The translations under genes and the position numbers were made by a program. From an uncultured Nitrospinota bacterium (GTDB taxonomy: Bacteria; Tectomicrobia; Entotheonellia; J063; CAVPRW01), in contig CAVPRW010000023.1 in the NCBI GenBank assembly GCA_963707985.1, forward strand, positions 64,001 to 128,000: a stretch of 64,000 nt of DNA, in the 5' to 3' direction. This document shows positions 24,768-35,356 of the stretch, piece after piece. Positions within the stretch are counted from its first letter, which is position 1. Each line of letters starts with the position of its first letter. The notes beneath the pieces were generated by a model. The model saw only the letters and a program-made list of their open reading frames with translations, did not search any database and was not told the DNA's origin.

Positions 24768-24971
24768 ATGGCTGGTGAGCTGCACGGCCTCAGGGTCATC
24801 GATTTCGGCCAGTGGATTGCTGCTAAATGGTGCTTCGGCTGGCGCCCGCCTACCACGCCTGGCCGTCTCGTTTCGCCTCCCGGCGGCGATGCGCAAGAGG
24901 TCCTGGCCATGCTTGGCATGGCAGATAAGCTGAATACACTGGTGCAGAAGCGGGTGATTGCACTGGACTAG
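24768..24971 (+). pseudogene. CaiB/BaiF CoA-transferase remnant (N- and C-termini joined)
   Basis: LHGLRVIDFGQWIA N-terminus followed closely by a PGGDAQEVLAMLG C-terminal-like segment. Confidence 0.6.
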
Positions 24972-25035
24972 GAGGCGTGTGGCGGCGTTGCTTCTCAGCG
25001 ATTGTGAATAGCATGCGTCTGGAGGAAAAAAAGCC

Positions 25036-25818
25036 ATGAAATGGTGTCGCTTCCAAGCAGGGCAACAGGTGAGTCATGGTCTCGTCGAAGACGACAAGGT
25101 CATCGAGGTCTCGGGGAGTCCTTTCGCTGAGCATACAGTTACCCGTACGAGTTATCCGCTGAGCCAGGTGAAGCTCTTGCCGCCCCTCATCCCTCCGATG
25201 CTCTATGCCGCGGGACCCAACTACCGCGGCCACGTGGAAGGCATGGCACGCCGGCGTGGCGCCACGCCCCACTATCCGGAGCGGCCCGAGCCGAATTTTC
25301 GCTCAGTGCATGCACTCATCGGCACGGAGGACAACATCGTCGTGCCCAAGGAGTCTTCTGGGGCAGTCCAGCCCGAGGGACAGCTGGCGGTCGTGATCGG
25401 CAAGAAAGCGCGGAACGTCTCCAAGGATAGCGCTTTGGATTACATCTTTGGCTATAGCATCGGCAACGATATCAGTCAACGCCCGTGGCAGCAGGCCGAT
25501 CGGACCATGTTTCGCGGCAAAAATTGTGACACTTTCAAACCGTTCGGGCCCTGGATTGTCACCGGGCTGAATCCTACCCAGTTCCACATCACCGTCCGGC
25601 ATAACGGCACGGTATGGGAGGATTTCTCGGCGGCCGACCAGATCTGGGACACGGCGACCTGGATTCAGGAACTCAGCCGCTACACTACCCTCCACCCCGG
25701 TGACGTGCTCTGGATGGGTACCCAGGGAGCCGACGGGGACATGGTACCGGGCGACGTCATCGAGGTTGAGATCAGCGGCATCGGCATTCTCAGAAATTAC
25801 GTGATCGCCGAGGGATAG
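25036..25818 (+). CDS. fumarylacetoacetate hydrolase family protein
   Basis: GPNYRGH, EGQLAVVIGK, GNDISQR, GKNCDTFKPFGP, LHPGDV. Confidence 0.92.
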   Translation: MKWCRFQAGQQVSHGLVEDDKVIEVSGSPFAEHTVTRTSYPLSQVKLLPPLIPPMLYAAGPNYRGHVEGMARRRGATPHYPERPEPNFRSVHALIGTEDNIVVPKESSGAVQPEGQLAVVIGKKARNVSKDSALDYIFGYSIGNDISQRPWQQADRTMFRGKNCDTFKPFGPWIVTGLNPTQFHITVRHNGTVWEDFSAADQIWDTATWIQELSRYTTLHPGDVLWMGTQGADGDMVPGDVIEVEISGIGILRNYVIAEG

Positions 25819-26021
25819 AGGTGCTCACACGCATCTCTCTCTGCTCCTGCGAGGCCATTAGAGCGTCGTGAAGGTTTCCGGGATTGTGTGGGACATGGTT
25901 TCTTGATATGCTGTCGCGCACTGCTGGGGAAGACCGACACCCCACCATGGCGCATCATCACTGGTAACCTGCGGCCGTGCACGCTGCGTGAGCCGCGACA
26001 TCCCGCAACGGAGGTGCCATT

Positions 26022-27042
26022 ATGCCGTACGGAGGCAATGACTGGCTAGCCCTCACCCAGGAACCGACGTGGAGCCGGAGATGCCCATCTGCGATCCCCA
26101 TCATCACTTCTGGGACCTGCGACCTGAGCGCATCCCCTACCAGCGCTATCTGCTGCACGAGCTGGTCGCCGACGTGCAGTGCGGCCACAACGTCCGTTCA
26201 ACCGTGTTTATCGAGACCCGAACCATGTACCGGCCAGATGGACCCGTGGAGCTGCGTCCCGTCGGGGAGGTCGAGTTTGTTCAGGGGCTGGCCGCCGCCA
26301 GCGCCAGCGGCCTGTATGGCCCCTGCCGGGCGGCCGCCGCCATCGTCGGCCACGCCAACCTGAACCTGGGGGACCGGGTCGCAGCCGGTGTTGGAGGCGC
26401 TGCAAGCCGCCAGCCCCAACCGGTTTCGGGGGATCCGGCACACGGTGACGTGGGACCCGCATCCCGAGGTGGGCAACCGGGAACAGGAGGGGGTCCTCGC
26501 CACGGCCGCGTTCCGCGCCGGCGCTCACGTGCTGGCACGGATGGGTCTCTCCCTCGACACCGGCTTATGCTTCCCCCAATTGCCCGAGCTGGCGGCCTTC
26601 GCCAAGGCCGTCCCCGAGCTGACCATCATCCTGAACCATCTGGGTGGCTTGAACCGGGTCGGCCCATACGCCAACCGAGACGACGAGGTGCTGGCCACCT
26701 GGCGGCGCGGCATCGCCGCCGTCGCGGCATGTCCCAATGTCTACCTCAAGTTGGGCGGCATCGGCATGCCCCGCCTCGGGTTTGACTGGTATGCTCGGAC
26801 CACGCCCATCGGCTCGGAAGAGTTGGCCATGTCGATGGCGCCCTTCATGACGTACTGTCATTGAGCAGTTTGGCCCCGACCGGTGCATGTTCGAAAGCAA
26901 CTTCCCACCGGATAAGGTGTCGTTCTCCCACCACGTGCTGTTCAACGCTTTCAAACGGTTTTCCAAGGGGTACTCGGCCGCTGAGCGCGCGGCCTTGTTC
27001 CATGACACGGCGGTGCGGGCCTACCGGATCAGCGTCGCCTAA
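26022..27042 (+). CDS. second amidohydrolase paralogue, three frameshifts
   Basis: DWLALTQE, DPHHHFWD, ILNHLGG and CMFESNFPPDK across frames; colinear with 23481..24509. Confidence 0.85.
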
Positions 27043-27208
27043 CGGGCTAGCTAGGGGGATGATATCGCGATCATCCCCTCCCCAACCCGCTAAATGCGCT
27101 GCTAAACTCCCCATTGGAGTCAATAATATTCTGACGCGATTGGGATGTCGACAAGGATTCGAGCGAAAAACTTACGCACACCGTAGTGCTCTTGGCCCAC
27201 CGGACCTT

Positions 27209-28435
27209 TCACTCCACGTGGACCACGGCCATCCCATTCACCCCGCTACAGGCCAGCACGAGGTCTCCGTCCCGGGTGACATCCATGTTGCGCACGACGC
27301 CTCCGCCAGACGGGATTACCCAGGTTTGGAAGGTCTCAGTCTTGGGGTCAAAGCGCACCACCGTATTGGGTTTCACCCCGGCTTCGCTGTACCATAAAAC
27401 ATCCCTGACGGCAACAATCCCGTACGGTTGCGATTGGGGCCCACCAGGCGATGGCCACTCACGAGCCTGGCCGGTCGCGGGATCGAATCGCCCCAGGTAA
27501 CCACGGGCATAGTCCGAGTACCAGAGCACGTCGTCGCTGGTGATGGCAATGCGCCGCGGCCGGGTCTCTGTGTTCGGCAACACATACTCCCGAATAGCCA
27601 TCGTGTGTGGATCAATGCTCGCGATCTTGTTGGCACCGAACTCGACGAAGAAGGGGATGCCCTGGGAATTGACCACCATGCCATAGGGCCGTGACTTTGG
27701 TGTCGGCGATGGGACCAGCGTTACCTCGCCCATCTGTGGGAGAAGTCTCCCCACCATGTTTCCGCCTTGTACGGTGAACCAGAGGGTTCCCTGATGATCG
27801 AAGATGGGTGTGTGCGGATCGCGCGCGGCGGGATTGGGCATAGGGTATTCGGTCACATCGCCGGTCTTCGGGTTGAGCTTGCCAATATGGGCTTTAAAGT
27901 TACTCGTGTACCAGATATTGCCGTCCTTGTCGGCCACCAAGCCGTGCGGGCCGGCGTTGGGTGTTTTCAGGGGATATTCCTTGATCGTACCCGTGTGGGG
28001 ATCCAAGCGCCCGAGCACATTGGCGAATTGTCCCGTGTACCAGAGAGAGCCGTCGGGTGCCACGAGCGGATCATGCGGGCGCGAGCCGGGCGTGGGCACG
28101 GTCCACTCCTGAATGGACACCTGGACGCTCCCCGGCATCACGACCGCCGCCGGCTTCGGCTTTTCTGGGAAGTGCTGGGCCAAATACCGGCTCACCACAT
28201 CAACCTGATCCGCCGGCAGCGTCGCCCCGACGTTGATCATCATCTGGAGATTGTTGCCCCAGCCTTGTTCACTGTAACCAGCACGGGTCACCGTGCTGAG
28301 CTCGTGGCACTGTACGCACAACGTTTCGACCAGTTGCTTGCCAGGCCCTTCCGGCAAGGGGGTTTGACTCCGCGCAGGAAGGACCGAGCAGAGGAGAGCG
28401 GCCACCATGACGTGCAAAAGCCGTGTGTTGACCAT
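27209..28435 (-). CDS. secreted cytochrome c-Vgb-like (virginiamycin B lyase) beta-propeller fusion
   Basis: Signal peptide, CVQCH heme motif, repeated PH/PY..G.LW(Y/F) propeller blades. Confidence 0.85.
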   Translation of the reverse strand: MVNTRLLHVMVAALLCSVLPARSQTPLPEGPGKQLVETLCVQCHELSTVTRAGYSEQGWGNNLQMMINVGATLPADQVDVVSRYLAQHFPEKPKPAAVVMPGSVQVSIQEWTVPTPGSRPHDPLVAPDGSLWYTGQFANVLGRLDPHTGTIKEYPLKTPNAGPHGLVADKDGNIWYTSNFKAHIGKLNPKTGDVTEYPMPNPAARDPHTPIFDHQGTLWFTVQGGNMVGRLLPQMGEVTLVPSPTPKSRPYGMVVNSQGIPFFVEFGANKIASIDPHTMAIREYVLPNTETRPRRIAITSDDVLWYSDYARGYLGRFDPATGQAREWPSPGGPQSQPYGIVAVRDVLWYSEAGVKPNTVVRFDPKTETFQTWVIPSGGGVVRNMDVTRDGDLVLACSGVNGMAVVHVE

Positions 28436-28661
28436 CGTACCTCCCTCCAGAATATTCCCAGCGTCGGCTCCATACGGGAGGAGACGCGGAGCAAGCAGTA
28501 TTTTGTCGTCGCTGACGCTCACCCATGGAATGTTTCATCGCCGTATACACACGGTGGGGCGCGACCGCTAGCCTTTTTCTTCAGGCCGCAGGTCCCGCCC
28601 CAGATTGCGTGGGCTTCAGTACGTGGCGTGCTCGCTGGTGCACTCGTTATTGCGGTGCAGC

Positions 28662-29096
28662 CTACTTGCCCGCCAGCAGCTCGCGGACACCGCGCAGTGC
28701 CAGATAGTAGCCGAAGATGCCAAAACCTGTCACCGTGCCACGACATACGCGGGCAACCTCAGAGACCCCGCCCCGCCTGGCCGGATTGGAGATGTGGACT
28801 TCAATCGTGGGGAATTTTACCTGGCCCAGAGCCGTGACGAGGGAAGGATGTCCCGTTGAGTAGCCTGCCGGGTTGATCAAGGCAGCGTCGACACCACCGT
28901 CATGCGCCTCATAGATTTTGTTGATGACCTCTCCCTCGATATTCGAATGGAAAATCTCGACTTCGAGGCCCAACTCGGACGCATATTTCTGGATTTGCTC
29001 ATCGTATTCGGGCAGCGTCATGGGCCCGAAGATATCTTGTTGGATTTTACCCCGCATGTTCATGCCGATCCCATGGATGACCAGTACTTTTGGCAT
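28662..29096 (-). CDS. aroQ: type II 3-dehydroquinate dehydratase
   Basis: LVIHG, HSNIEGE, LINPAGY, IEVHISN. Confidence 0.87.
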   Translation of the reverse strand: MPKVLVIHGIGMNMRGKIQQDIFGPMTLPEYDEQIQKYASELGLEVEIFHSNIEGEVINKIYEAHDGGVDAALINPAGYSTGHPSLVTALGQVKFPTIEVHISNPARRGGVSEVARVCRGTVTGFGIFGYYLALRGVRELLAGK

Positions 29097-29463
29097 GTCG
29101 TGTTCTCCAGTGCAAACCAGGGTGCTGTTCTGGGTTTGGCGAGACGGCCTCGCCGGCGGCGGACGGCAGTCCGTGTACCTCTCCAGACGTCGCCCGCCCT
29201 CGATAGCGCCTACCGGCGCCAAGTGCCTATTGTTAGTCTGATCCGCTTGCTCTTGTCAACAGAACTTGCGATGGAAAGTACCTGTCAATGTTGTGGGAGA
29301 AGAAGGAATCACCCGTGACGACCGGGCAAAGTTCTTTTCATTCGTAGGCTCGTTCGGGTATGCTGGCTCGACATCGGGGAGGCAGGAGAAAGCGTGTTGT
29401 CCTGCGGAAGCGCCATGCCACACCAGGTCGGAGATGAGTGGCTACTAACAGAAGGAGTCAGCC

Positions 29464-29628
29464 ATGCGTCACAACTTGATCTTAACCGGAGATATCAACC
29501 TGCTTGGCGTGACCGACCCCACTATTCCATTTGCACGCGTGAGGGATAGGCTGCACGCGGCCGACGTGGTCTTTTCCAACCTGGAATGTTGCTTCTACGA
29601 GCCAGAAGGTGAACGCTCTCAGCCATAG
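29464..29628 (+). pseudogene. CapA family (PGA_cap) N-terminal fragment
   Basis: Manual translation LTGDINL...ADVVFSNLEC followed by a stop after 54 codons; RBS AAGGAG. Confidence 0.6.
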
Positions 29629-29730
29629 CGGCGTTCAAGGCCACGCGATGCGCTACCACATAGACCGCATCACGTGACCTGCACACCAGCTCTGGTAGGT
29701 CGCATACCTGAAGGCGACCGCCTGACTCGA

Positions 29731-30066
29731 CTACTCCTCACCGGGGGCGATCTGCATGGTGATGGTGAGACCATCCAGATACCTCGTCGTATGACCTTTC
29801 CCGGTGGTATCTTCGATCAGACGCACATCACCGGGGCCAAAGGTGTGCGAGGTCCCATCGGAGAGCCCGATCGTCGTCCGCCCCGCGAGTCCGACCTGCC
29901 AGCGCCGAAACGGAGCTGGATGAAAGTCCATGAAATACCCCGGTTCTCGTTGCTGCACGCTATAACTCATCGTGCCGGTGACTTTGATATCTCGAAGCTC
30001 CTCGGCCTTGATTTCCTCGATGTGGCTCTCGCCATCGCTGCCGGTATATAGTCTATAGACGCCCAT
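29731..30066 (-). CDS. small cupin-like protein
   Basis: YTGSDGESH, FHPAP, GPGD..EDTTGKGH. Confidence 0.75.
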   Translation of the reverse strand: MGVYRLYTGSDGESHIEEIKAEELRDIKVTGTMSYSVQQREPGYFMDFHPAPFRRWQVGLAGRTTIGLSDGTSHTFGPGDVRLIEDTTGKGHTTRYLDGLTITMQIAPGEE

Positions 30067-30407
30067 GTGCGCTCCTCCCTTCCCACACGTTTAGTCGTCG
30101 GCCATGGAGATAGGTCATGCTCTCCCCCCATTCGGTGGTATGATTATACTGCAATAATACCGAGTAGATCCGAATTGCCTGATCACCCTGGTGAAGATGC
30201 CATGGTTAGGGACCGGCCTTGGCATAAGTGCTCCTAGACCACGCTTGAGCTTATGATCGGATCACACGCTTGCCTACGAGCGATCGCTAGGCGCAGTTAT
30301 GGCCCCAATATAGCGAAGCTGTCATTTGGGGCAACAGTCGTTGCGAGAGGGGGGGCATGGTCCTGCAGCACTCCTGGACAACACATCCGTGAGTTTTTGA
30401 CCCGAAT

Positions 30408-30634
30408 CCTTGCCGGTATCCCTCACGATCAGCACGGCCTTGGTCGAACGGGTGAACCTGACCTTGCGGCAGCCGTTGCCGCTACGTGAGCGCACACACC
30501 ACGGGGCGATTCGTCCCCGATGGCGGGAGCGAACGCCGGCGATGGCGGCAGGCTTGACGGATCACGTCTGGACCTTTCGCGAGCTTCTCACGGCCAAATT
30601 CGAGCCGTTGGATTCTCAAAGTATTAGCGGATGA
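30408..30634 (+). mobile_element. IS1-like transposase C-terminal remnant
   Basis: STALVERVNLTLRQ and RTPAMAAGLTDHVWT. Confidence 0.7.
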
Positions 30635-30658
30635 GCACCAGAAAATGGAGAGAGTGTT

Positions 30659-31183
30659 TTAATCCTCTATGGCGCTCGCATGCCTCCTGCGGTCAGGAGA
30701 CTGCTGTTGCTCAGCCAGAGCATTCCGATAGGCGGCATAGGCACCGTAAAATGATACACAGAACGGCACACAGGGCGTCAGGAGGAGCTTCACCACGATT
30801 TGGGGAGTGATAGCCCCCGCCAGCAGCACATCACCATGATTCAGGAGAATAATGACGCCCCCCACACCTAATGCAATGCCAAGGCTTCGTCTCACCACTG
30901 CCCACCCTGGACGGAGGTCTTCGGCTTGGACGACGAGGCGACTGTTGAGGAACGCTCCCAGCATCGTCACACAAAACGGGATCAACGGGGTCAGGAGGGA
31001 TTTCACCAGCACCCGCTTTGTGGCGTATCCAGACAAGAGGACATCTCCTTGATTCAGCAAGACGAGTACCGTGCCTACGATCCCGGAAGCGAGCAGGGCT
31101 TTCTGCAGCATTTGAGGCTTAGAAATGAGCCGTAAGCGTACCAGCATGTCGTGCCATCGGTATAAGTGAGCCTCGGATTGCAT
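30659..31183 (-). CDS. NrtS-like nitrate/nitrite transporter with two tandem domains
   Basis: Two repeats of VG..L.LLN(Q/H)GDVLL.G...VK.LLTP..PFCV...GA. Confidence 0.7.
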   Translation of the reverse strand: MQSEAHLYRWHDMLVRLRLISKPQMLQKALLASGIVGTVLVLLNQGDVLLSGYATKRVLVKSLLTPLIPFCVTMLGAFLNSRLVVQAEDLRPGWAVVRRSLGIALGVGGVIILLNHGDVLLAGAITPQIVVKLLLTPCVPFCVSFYGAYAAYRNALAEQQQSPDRRRHASAIED

Positions 31184-31367
31184 GGGTGCCCCTCTCGTGT
31201 ACAGAGGAAGTGCTCAGATACGTATCGCTGTCGTATTGTTCGAGCCGTTCGTAATGCACAATTTTACCAGCTATTGCTTATGTTTTGATCGACTAGACAA
31301 AAGGGGTTCAACTGTCCCATGTTTTTGGCCGTGCACCAACCCCCTGCCCCGCCGTTAGTCAACGTGA

Positions 31368-31396
31368 TTGACATAGCGTATCAATTTTGATACACT
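31368..31396 (+). promoter_or_regulatory. sigma70 promoter with overlapping palindromic operator for the TA pair
   Basis: TTGACA-17 bp-TACACT; GTATCAA-TT-TTGATAC at 31378-31393. Confidence 0.75.
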
Positions 31397-31402
31397 GCCA
31401 AT

Positions 31403-31753
31403 AAGGACGAGGGACAGAAGCGTCTGCCTATCAGGTTTTACCAGTCAGCAAACGGACGGGAGCCGGTGCGAGAATGGCTGAAAAGCCTCAGCGCAGCAGA
31501 CCGGAAAATCCTTGGCACCGATATACGCGCCCTGGAGTTTGGCTGGCCGGTAGGGATGCCGCTGTGCCGGGCCTTGGGTAACGGTCTGTGGGAAGTGCGT
31601 AGCAGTCTACCGCATGGCCGCATTGCACGAGTGATTTTTTGTGTCCATGCGCAGCAAGCCGTCTTGTTGCATGGCTTTCTGAAAAGGACCCAGAAGACCC
31701 CAAAACCCGATATAGACTTGGCCATGCGACGGAAAAGGGAGGTGGAGCGATGA
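31403..31753 (+). CDS. RelE/ParE-superfamily toxin (Gp49/DUF891-like); start uncertain
   Basis: KRLPIRFY..GREPVREWL, GWPVGMP, GLWEVRS, LLHGFLKRTQKTP. Confidence 0.85.
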   Translation, partial: KDEGQKRLPIRFYQSANGREPVREWLKSLSAADRKILGTDIRALEFGWPVGMPLCRALGNGLWEVRSSLPHGRIARVIFCVHAQQAVLLHGFLKRTQKTPKPDIDLAMRRKREVER

Positions 31754-32049
31754 TGAACAAAAATCCTCACATTGGGTCGTCCTTCGAGGACTTTTTAGCC
31801 GAAGAAGGCGTGCTGGAGGAATGCACCAACGCGGCGATCAAGCGCGTGATTGCGTGGCAGGTAGAGCAGGCCATGCAGGAACGTGGCTTGACCAAGGCGG
31901 CGATGGCGCACCAGATGCACACCAGCCGTGCCGCGCTTGATCGGCTGTTAGACCCTGAAAATACCTCTGTCACCCTGCATACGCTGCAACGCGCCGCTGC
32001 GGTGATCGGCAAGCGTGTGCAGATCACGTTGGAAGATGCACAGCCCTAA
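31750..32049 (+). CDS. HTH antitoxin (XRE-like)
   Basis: HIGSSFEDFL, MHTSRAALDRLLDP, VTLHTL; overlaps the toxin stop codon (ATGA). Confidence 0.87.
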   Translation: MMNKNPHIGSSFEDFLAEEGVLEECTNAAIKRVIAWQVEQAMQERGLTKAAMAHQMHTSRAALDRLLDPENTSVTLHTLQRAAAVIGKRVQITLEDAQP

Positions 32050-32086
32050 GCCCTCTATGCCTGCAAATACCCGATAGGGATAGCCT

Positions 32087-32476
32087 ATGGCTGATGAACT
32101 GCTTCCGGGGGAGGTCAAAGCCTTTCTGCTGCGGCATATCGATTCGATTGCCCAATTGGAAGCCCTATTGCTTCTGCGGGCCAATGCCGAAATCGTATGG
32201 AGCGCGGACACGCTGGCCAAGAGGCTCTACACAACGGCACAAGAAACAGCGGAGATATTGGCACGCTTATGTACGGACGGGTTCCTGGCCGCCCTGAGCA
32301 GCCAGCCGCTCCTGTATCAGTACCACTGTACGTCAAGCGAACAGGCACACCTGGTTGACCAGGTTGCCGAGTGCTATACCAAATATCTCATTCCGGTCAC
32401 GCATCTCATTCACGCGAAGCCGCGCACGAGGGTGCAAGCGTTTGCCGATGCCTTCAAGTTCAGAAAGGAGGAGTGA
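32087..32476 (+). CDS. conserved hypothetical protein (possible winged helix)
   Basis: IDSIAQLEALLLL...FADAFKF; first gene of a tight triad. Confidence 0.75.
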   Translation: MADELLPGEVKAFLLRHIDSIAQLEALLLLRANAEIVWSADTLAKRLYTTAQETAEILARLCTDGFLAALSSQPLLYQYHCTSSEQAHLVDQVAECYTKYLIPVTHLIHAKPRTRVQAFADAFKFRKEE

Positions 32477-32477
32477 G

Positions 32478-32741
32478 ATGGACACAAGCACCGTGATCTA
32501 TAGCTTATGTGCCGTGACGGCGCTCCTCTGCGCCTGGTTGTTACTCCAGGCGTATGGGCGGAGCCGGTATCGTTTACTCCTCTGGAGCGGCCTGTGTTTT
32601 GCCGGGTTGACGGTCAATAACATGCTGTTGGTGCTTGATAAAGCCGTTTTTCCAGAGGTCGATCTGTCACTCTGGCGACTCGGCATCGCGCTCCTGGCCA
32701 TGCTGGTGCTCTTATATGGGTTGATCTGGAATGCGGAGTGA
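32478..32741 (+). CDS. DUF5985-like membrane protein
   Basis: RLLLWSGLCFAGL..NN, LYGLIW; three TM segments. Confidence 0.75.
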   Translation: MDTSTVIYSLCAVTALLCAWLLLQAYGRSRYRLLLWSGLCFAGLTVNNMLLVLDKAVFPEVDLSLWRLGIALLAMLVLLYGLIWNAE

Positions 32742-32750
32742 GGTGGGCGC

Positions 32751-33059
32751 ATGCATACCTTAATCTTGGGTGCTATTGCGATGGCAGCCCTGGTCGCGGC
32801 ACTGTTTTTCCTGCGCTTTTGGCGCGACACCCGCGACCGCTTTTTCTTGTTCTTCGCGATTGCCTTCTTTGTCGAGGCCCTCGATCGCGTGGCCTTGGGT
32901 TTGATCGCTGGCTCCCAGGAACATGAGCCATTCTTTTATGGGGTACGGCTCGTGACCTACGGGCTAATCATCGCTGCTATCGTGGACAAGAATCGCCCAC
33001 GCGGTGCGCGAGGGGCAGACGCACGTGGACGCTCCCTCACCACGCGGGATACACCGTGA
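32751..33059 (+). CDS. DUF5985-like membrane protein
   Basis: FFLRFWRDTRDRFF, AAIVDKNR; three TM segments. Confidence 0.75.
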   Translation: MHTLILGAIAMAALVAALFFLRFWRDTRDRFFLFFAIAFFVEALDRVALGLIAGSQEHEPFFYGVRLVTYGLIIAAIVDKNRPRGARGADARGRSLTTRDTP

Positions 33060-33117
33060 CGGAGGCGTAACTCTGCCTGTGCATTGCTCTGTCCGTTCTC
33101 ATGGCTATAAAGAGGCT

Positions 33118-33400
33118 TAGGCTCTCCACAAGACGAGAAACCCCGCAATAGCGGCCACGCCGACCCGCTGAACACGCCGAGCTTCACTTGGTTCTGGAGA
33201 TTGCCTGAGGTAAAGGCCAGCCCGCCGATGAACAGGCTCATGGTGAAACCGATGCCGCATAGCACCGCGACGCCGTATATTCGCGTTTGATTTCCGGCCC
33301 GACCAGCAGAAAGAAAATCGCCATCAGGCCGTCATTAATCCAGTGCAGCAGCGACAGGCTTGCACCGGGCAAGCCGATGTTGGCGGACAGCGCCGCATGG
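33118..33400 (-). pseudogene. nhaA: NhaA Na+/H+ antiporter remnant with large internal deletion
   Basis: [20 protein letters not shown] directly abuts [12 protein letters not shown] and KLGVFSGS. Confidence 0.8.
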
Positions 33401-33656
33401 CACACAGGAGCCGCCGGGGAATTGGCAAGCGCCAAAGTTCTGTTGCAAAAACCCATTTTTGCGGCGAGATCTTCAACATAGCGCCGCGAAAAATTAAGCA
33501 TTTACCGCACACGAAAATGCCGTTTTTGATTTTTTGCAACAGAACTCTCATGCTGCCAAGGAGCACCACGACGCATGGAAATCGAATTTACAAGGCAACC
33601 GCTCTATGTCCCGCGGACATTGGCGAAGCGTCACAAGACGTCTAAAGGTGTCGAGC

Positions 33657-35356
33657 TCAACCGGTTGACCCCTCGGGATCATGCCGAATGTCGGTAGTGG
33701 TCCCGAGGGGCGGTCTGATCGTGGGCCGAGCGTCGCACCCTTGGCGCAGCAGCAGCACGGCTGTGGCGGCCTCGGCCGCGATCACAGCCGTGATCCGGTC
33801 ATCCGCCTCTAAGCGGGTGTCCGCGCTCGGCACGGAGACGCGCAGGCCCCGTTTGAGTGTGACCAGCATGCAGCCGGGCGGGAGCCCCAACTCGCGCACG
33901 CGCTTCCCCGACAAATGCTGAATTTGCCTGAAGACTCAGTTCCAGGATCAACGTTCCATCTAACGCCGGTGTCGTCGGATCACGGCGGACATCCCGCTCC
34001 AGGAGGGCTTCATAAATGGGTAAATCCCCCAGAGCGTCGGCGATCGCGTAGGCCGAAAAGCACGCCACGAACAACGGGAGGATCGGCTCGTAGGTGTTGG
34101 TCATTTCGATGATGAGCACGATGCCGGTGAGGGGTGCGCGCACGATCGCCGCAAAGTAGGCGGCCATGCCTACCACCGCAAAGACCTCAGGATCGAGGAA
34201 GGCCTCGGGCATCACCATGTGGGTGACGTGACTCACGCCCACACCGAGGAGCGCGCCCAGGACCAGCAGCGGGGCGAAGATGCCTCCTGGAGCCCCGCAG
34301 CCGTAGCTGATCATCGTCAGCCCGAACCGGAGCCCAAACCAGAGGGGGATCGCCGACAGGACCACCTGCCCCGCGAACACGGCTTCTAACAGTTCGTGGC
34401 CGCCCCCCACGGCCGCGGGCGCGAACCACCCGATCAGGCCCACTAATGACACCCACCCACGCCCCGGCGAGCCTCACGGGCCATCGACCGAGGCGAGAGA
34501 GCCACCCGCCCAACCGGGCAAAGCCCTCCAGGCAGCCGAGCAGGGTGCGATTAAAGGCGACCCCCAGCACACCCGCGAGCACGCCTAACCCCAGGAACGC
34601 CGGTAACGCCACCAATGACGGGGCGGGGTGCGCGGCCACATGAAAGACCGGCAATTGGTTGGTCAAGGACCGCGTCACGACATCCGCGGTCATGGAAGCC
34701 AGGAATGCCGCGCTAAAGACCATCGGGCTGAAGTCGCGCTGGACTTCTTCCAGGACAAATGCCAAGCCTGCCAACGGGGCATTGAACGCCGCGGCCAATC
34801 CGGCCCCGGCTCCCGCGGCAATCAATGTCTGGCGTTCGCGCGGCGTCACCGTGAGCCATTCCGCCACGGCGGCCCCGACCGCGCCCCCCATCTGCACGGT
34901 GGGGCCTTCCCGCCCGAGTGCCAACCCACTTCCGATCGCGAACACCCCTCCGACGAACTTGACGGGGAGGATGCGTCGCCAGCGGAGCGAGCGCAGCCGG
35001 TACAAGACGGCCTTCAGGTGGGGAATCCCGCTGCCTGCGGTTTCCGGAGCCAGGCTGTTGACCAGGTAGACCGCGAGACCAGCCCCCGCCGCGCCGAAGA
35101 GGGTGGGCAGCAGCCAGCCCCAGGCTGGGTATCGATGCGCCCACGCCACCAACCCGTGTCGGACACTGTCCCCGCCGGCGAGTGCCCACCGGAACGCCAC
35201 CGCCAGTGCCCCCGCCAGCAGTCCTATGAGGATGGCGCGGGGGAAGACCTTTCTCCGCTGCTCTTGCGTCCGGAGAAAATCGCGCTGTTCCGCACGCCAG
35301 TCCTGGCGAGTGACCTGCTCGTCTTCTAGACGTCGATGATATTGGTCAGAAGGCAT
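33657..35356 (-). CDS. clcA: ClC H+/Cl- exchange transporter with C-terminal TrkA-C domain, two frameshifts
   Basis: GSGIP, GREGP, FNAPLAG, GGIFAP, PIYEALL; C-terminal LGLPPGC..RG. Confidence 0.88.
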
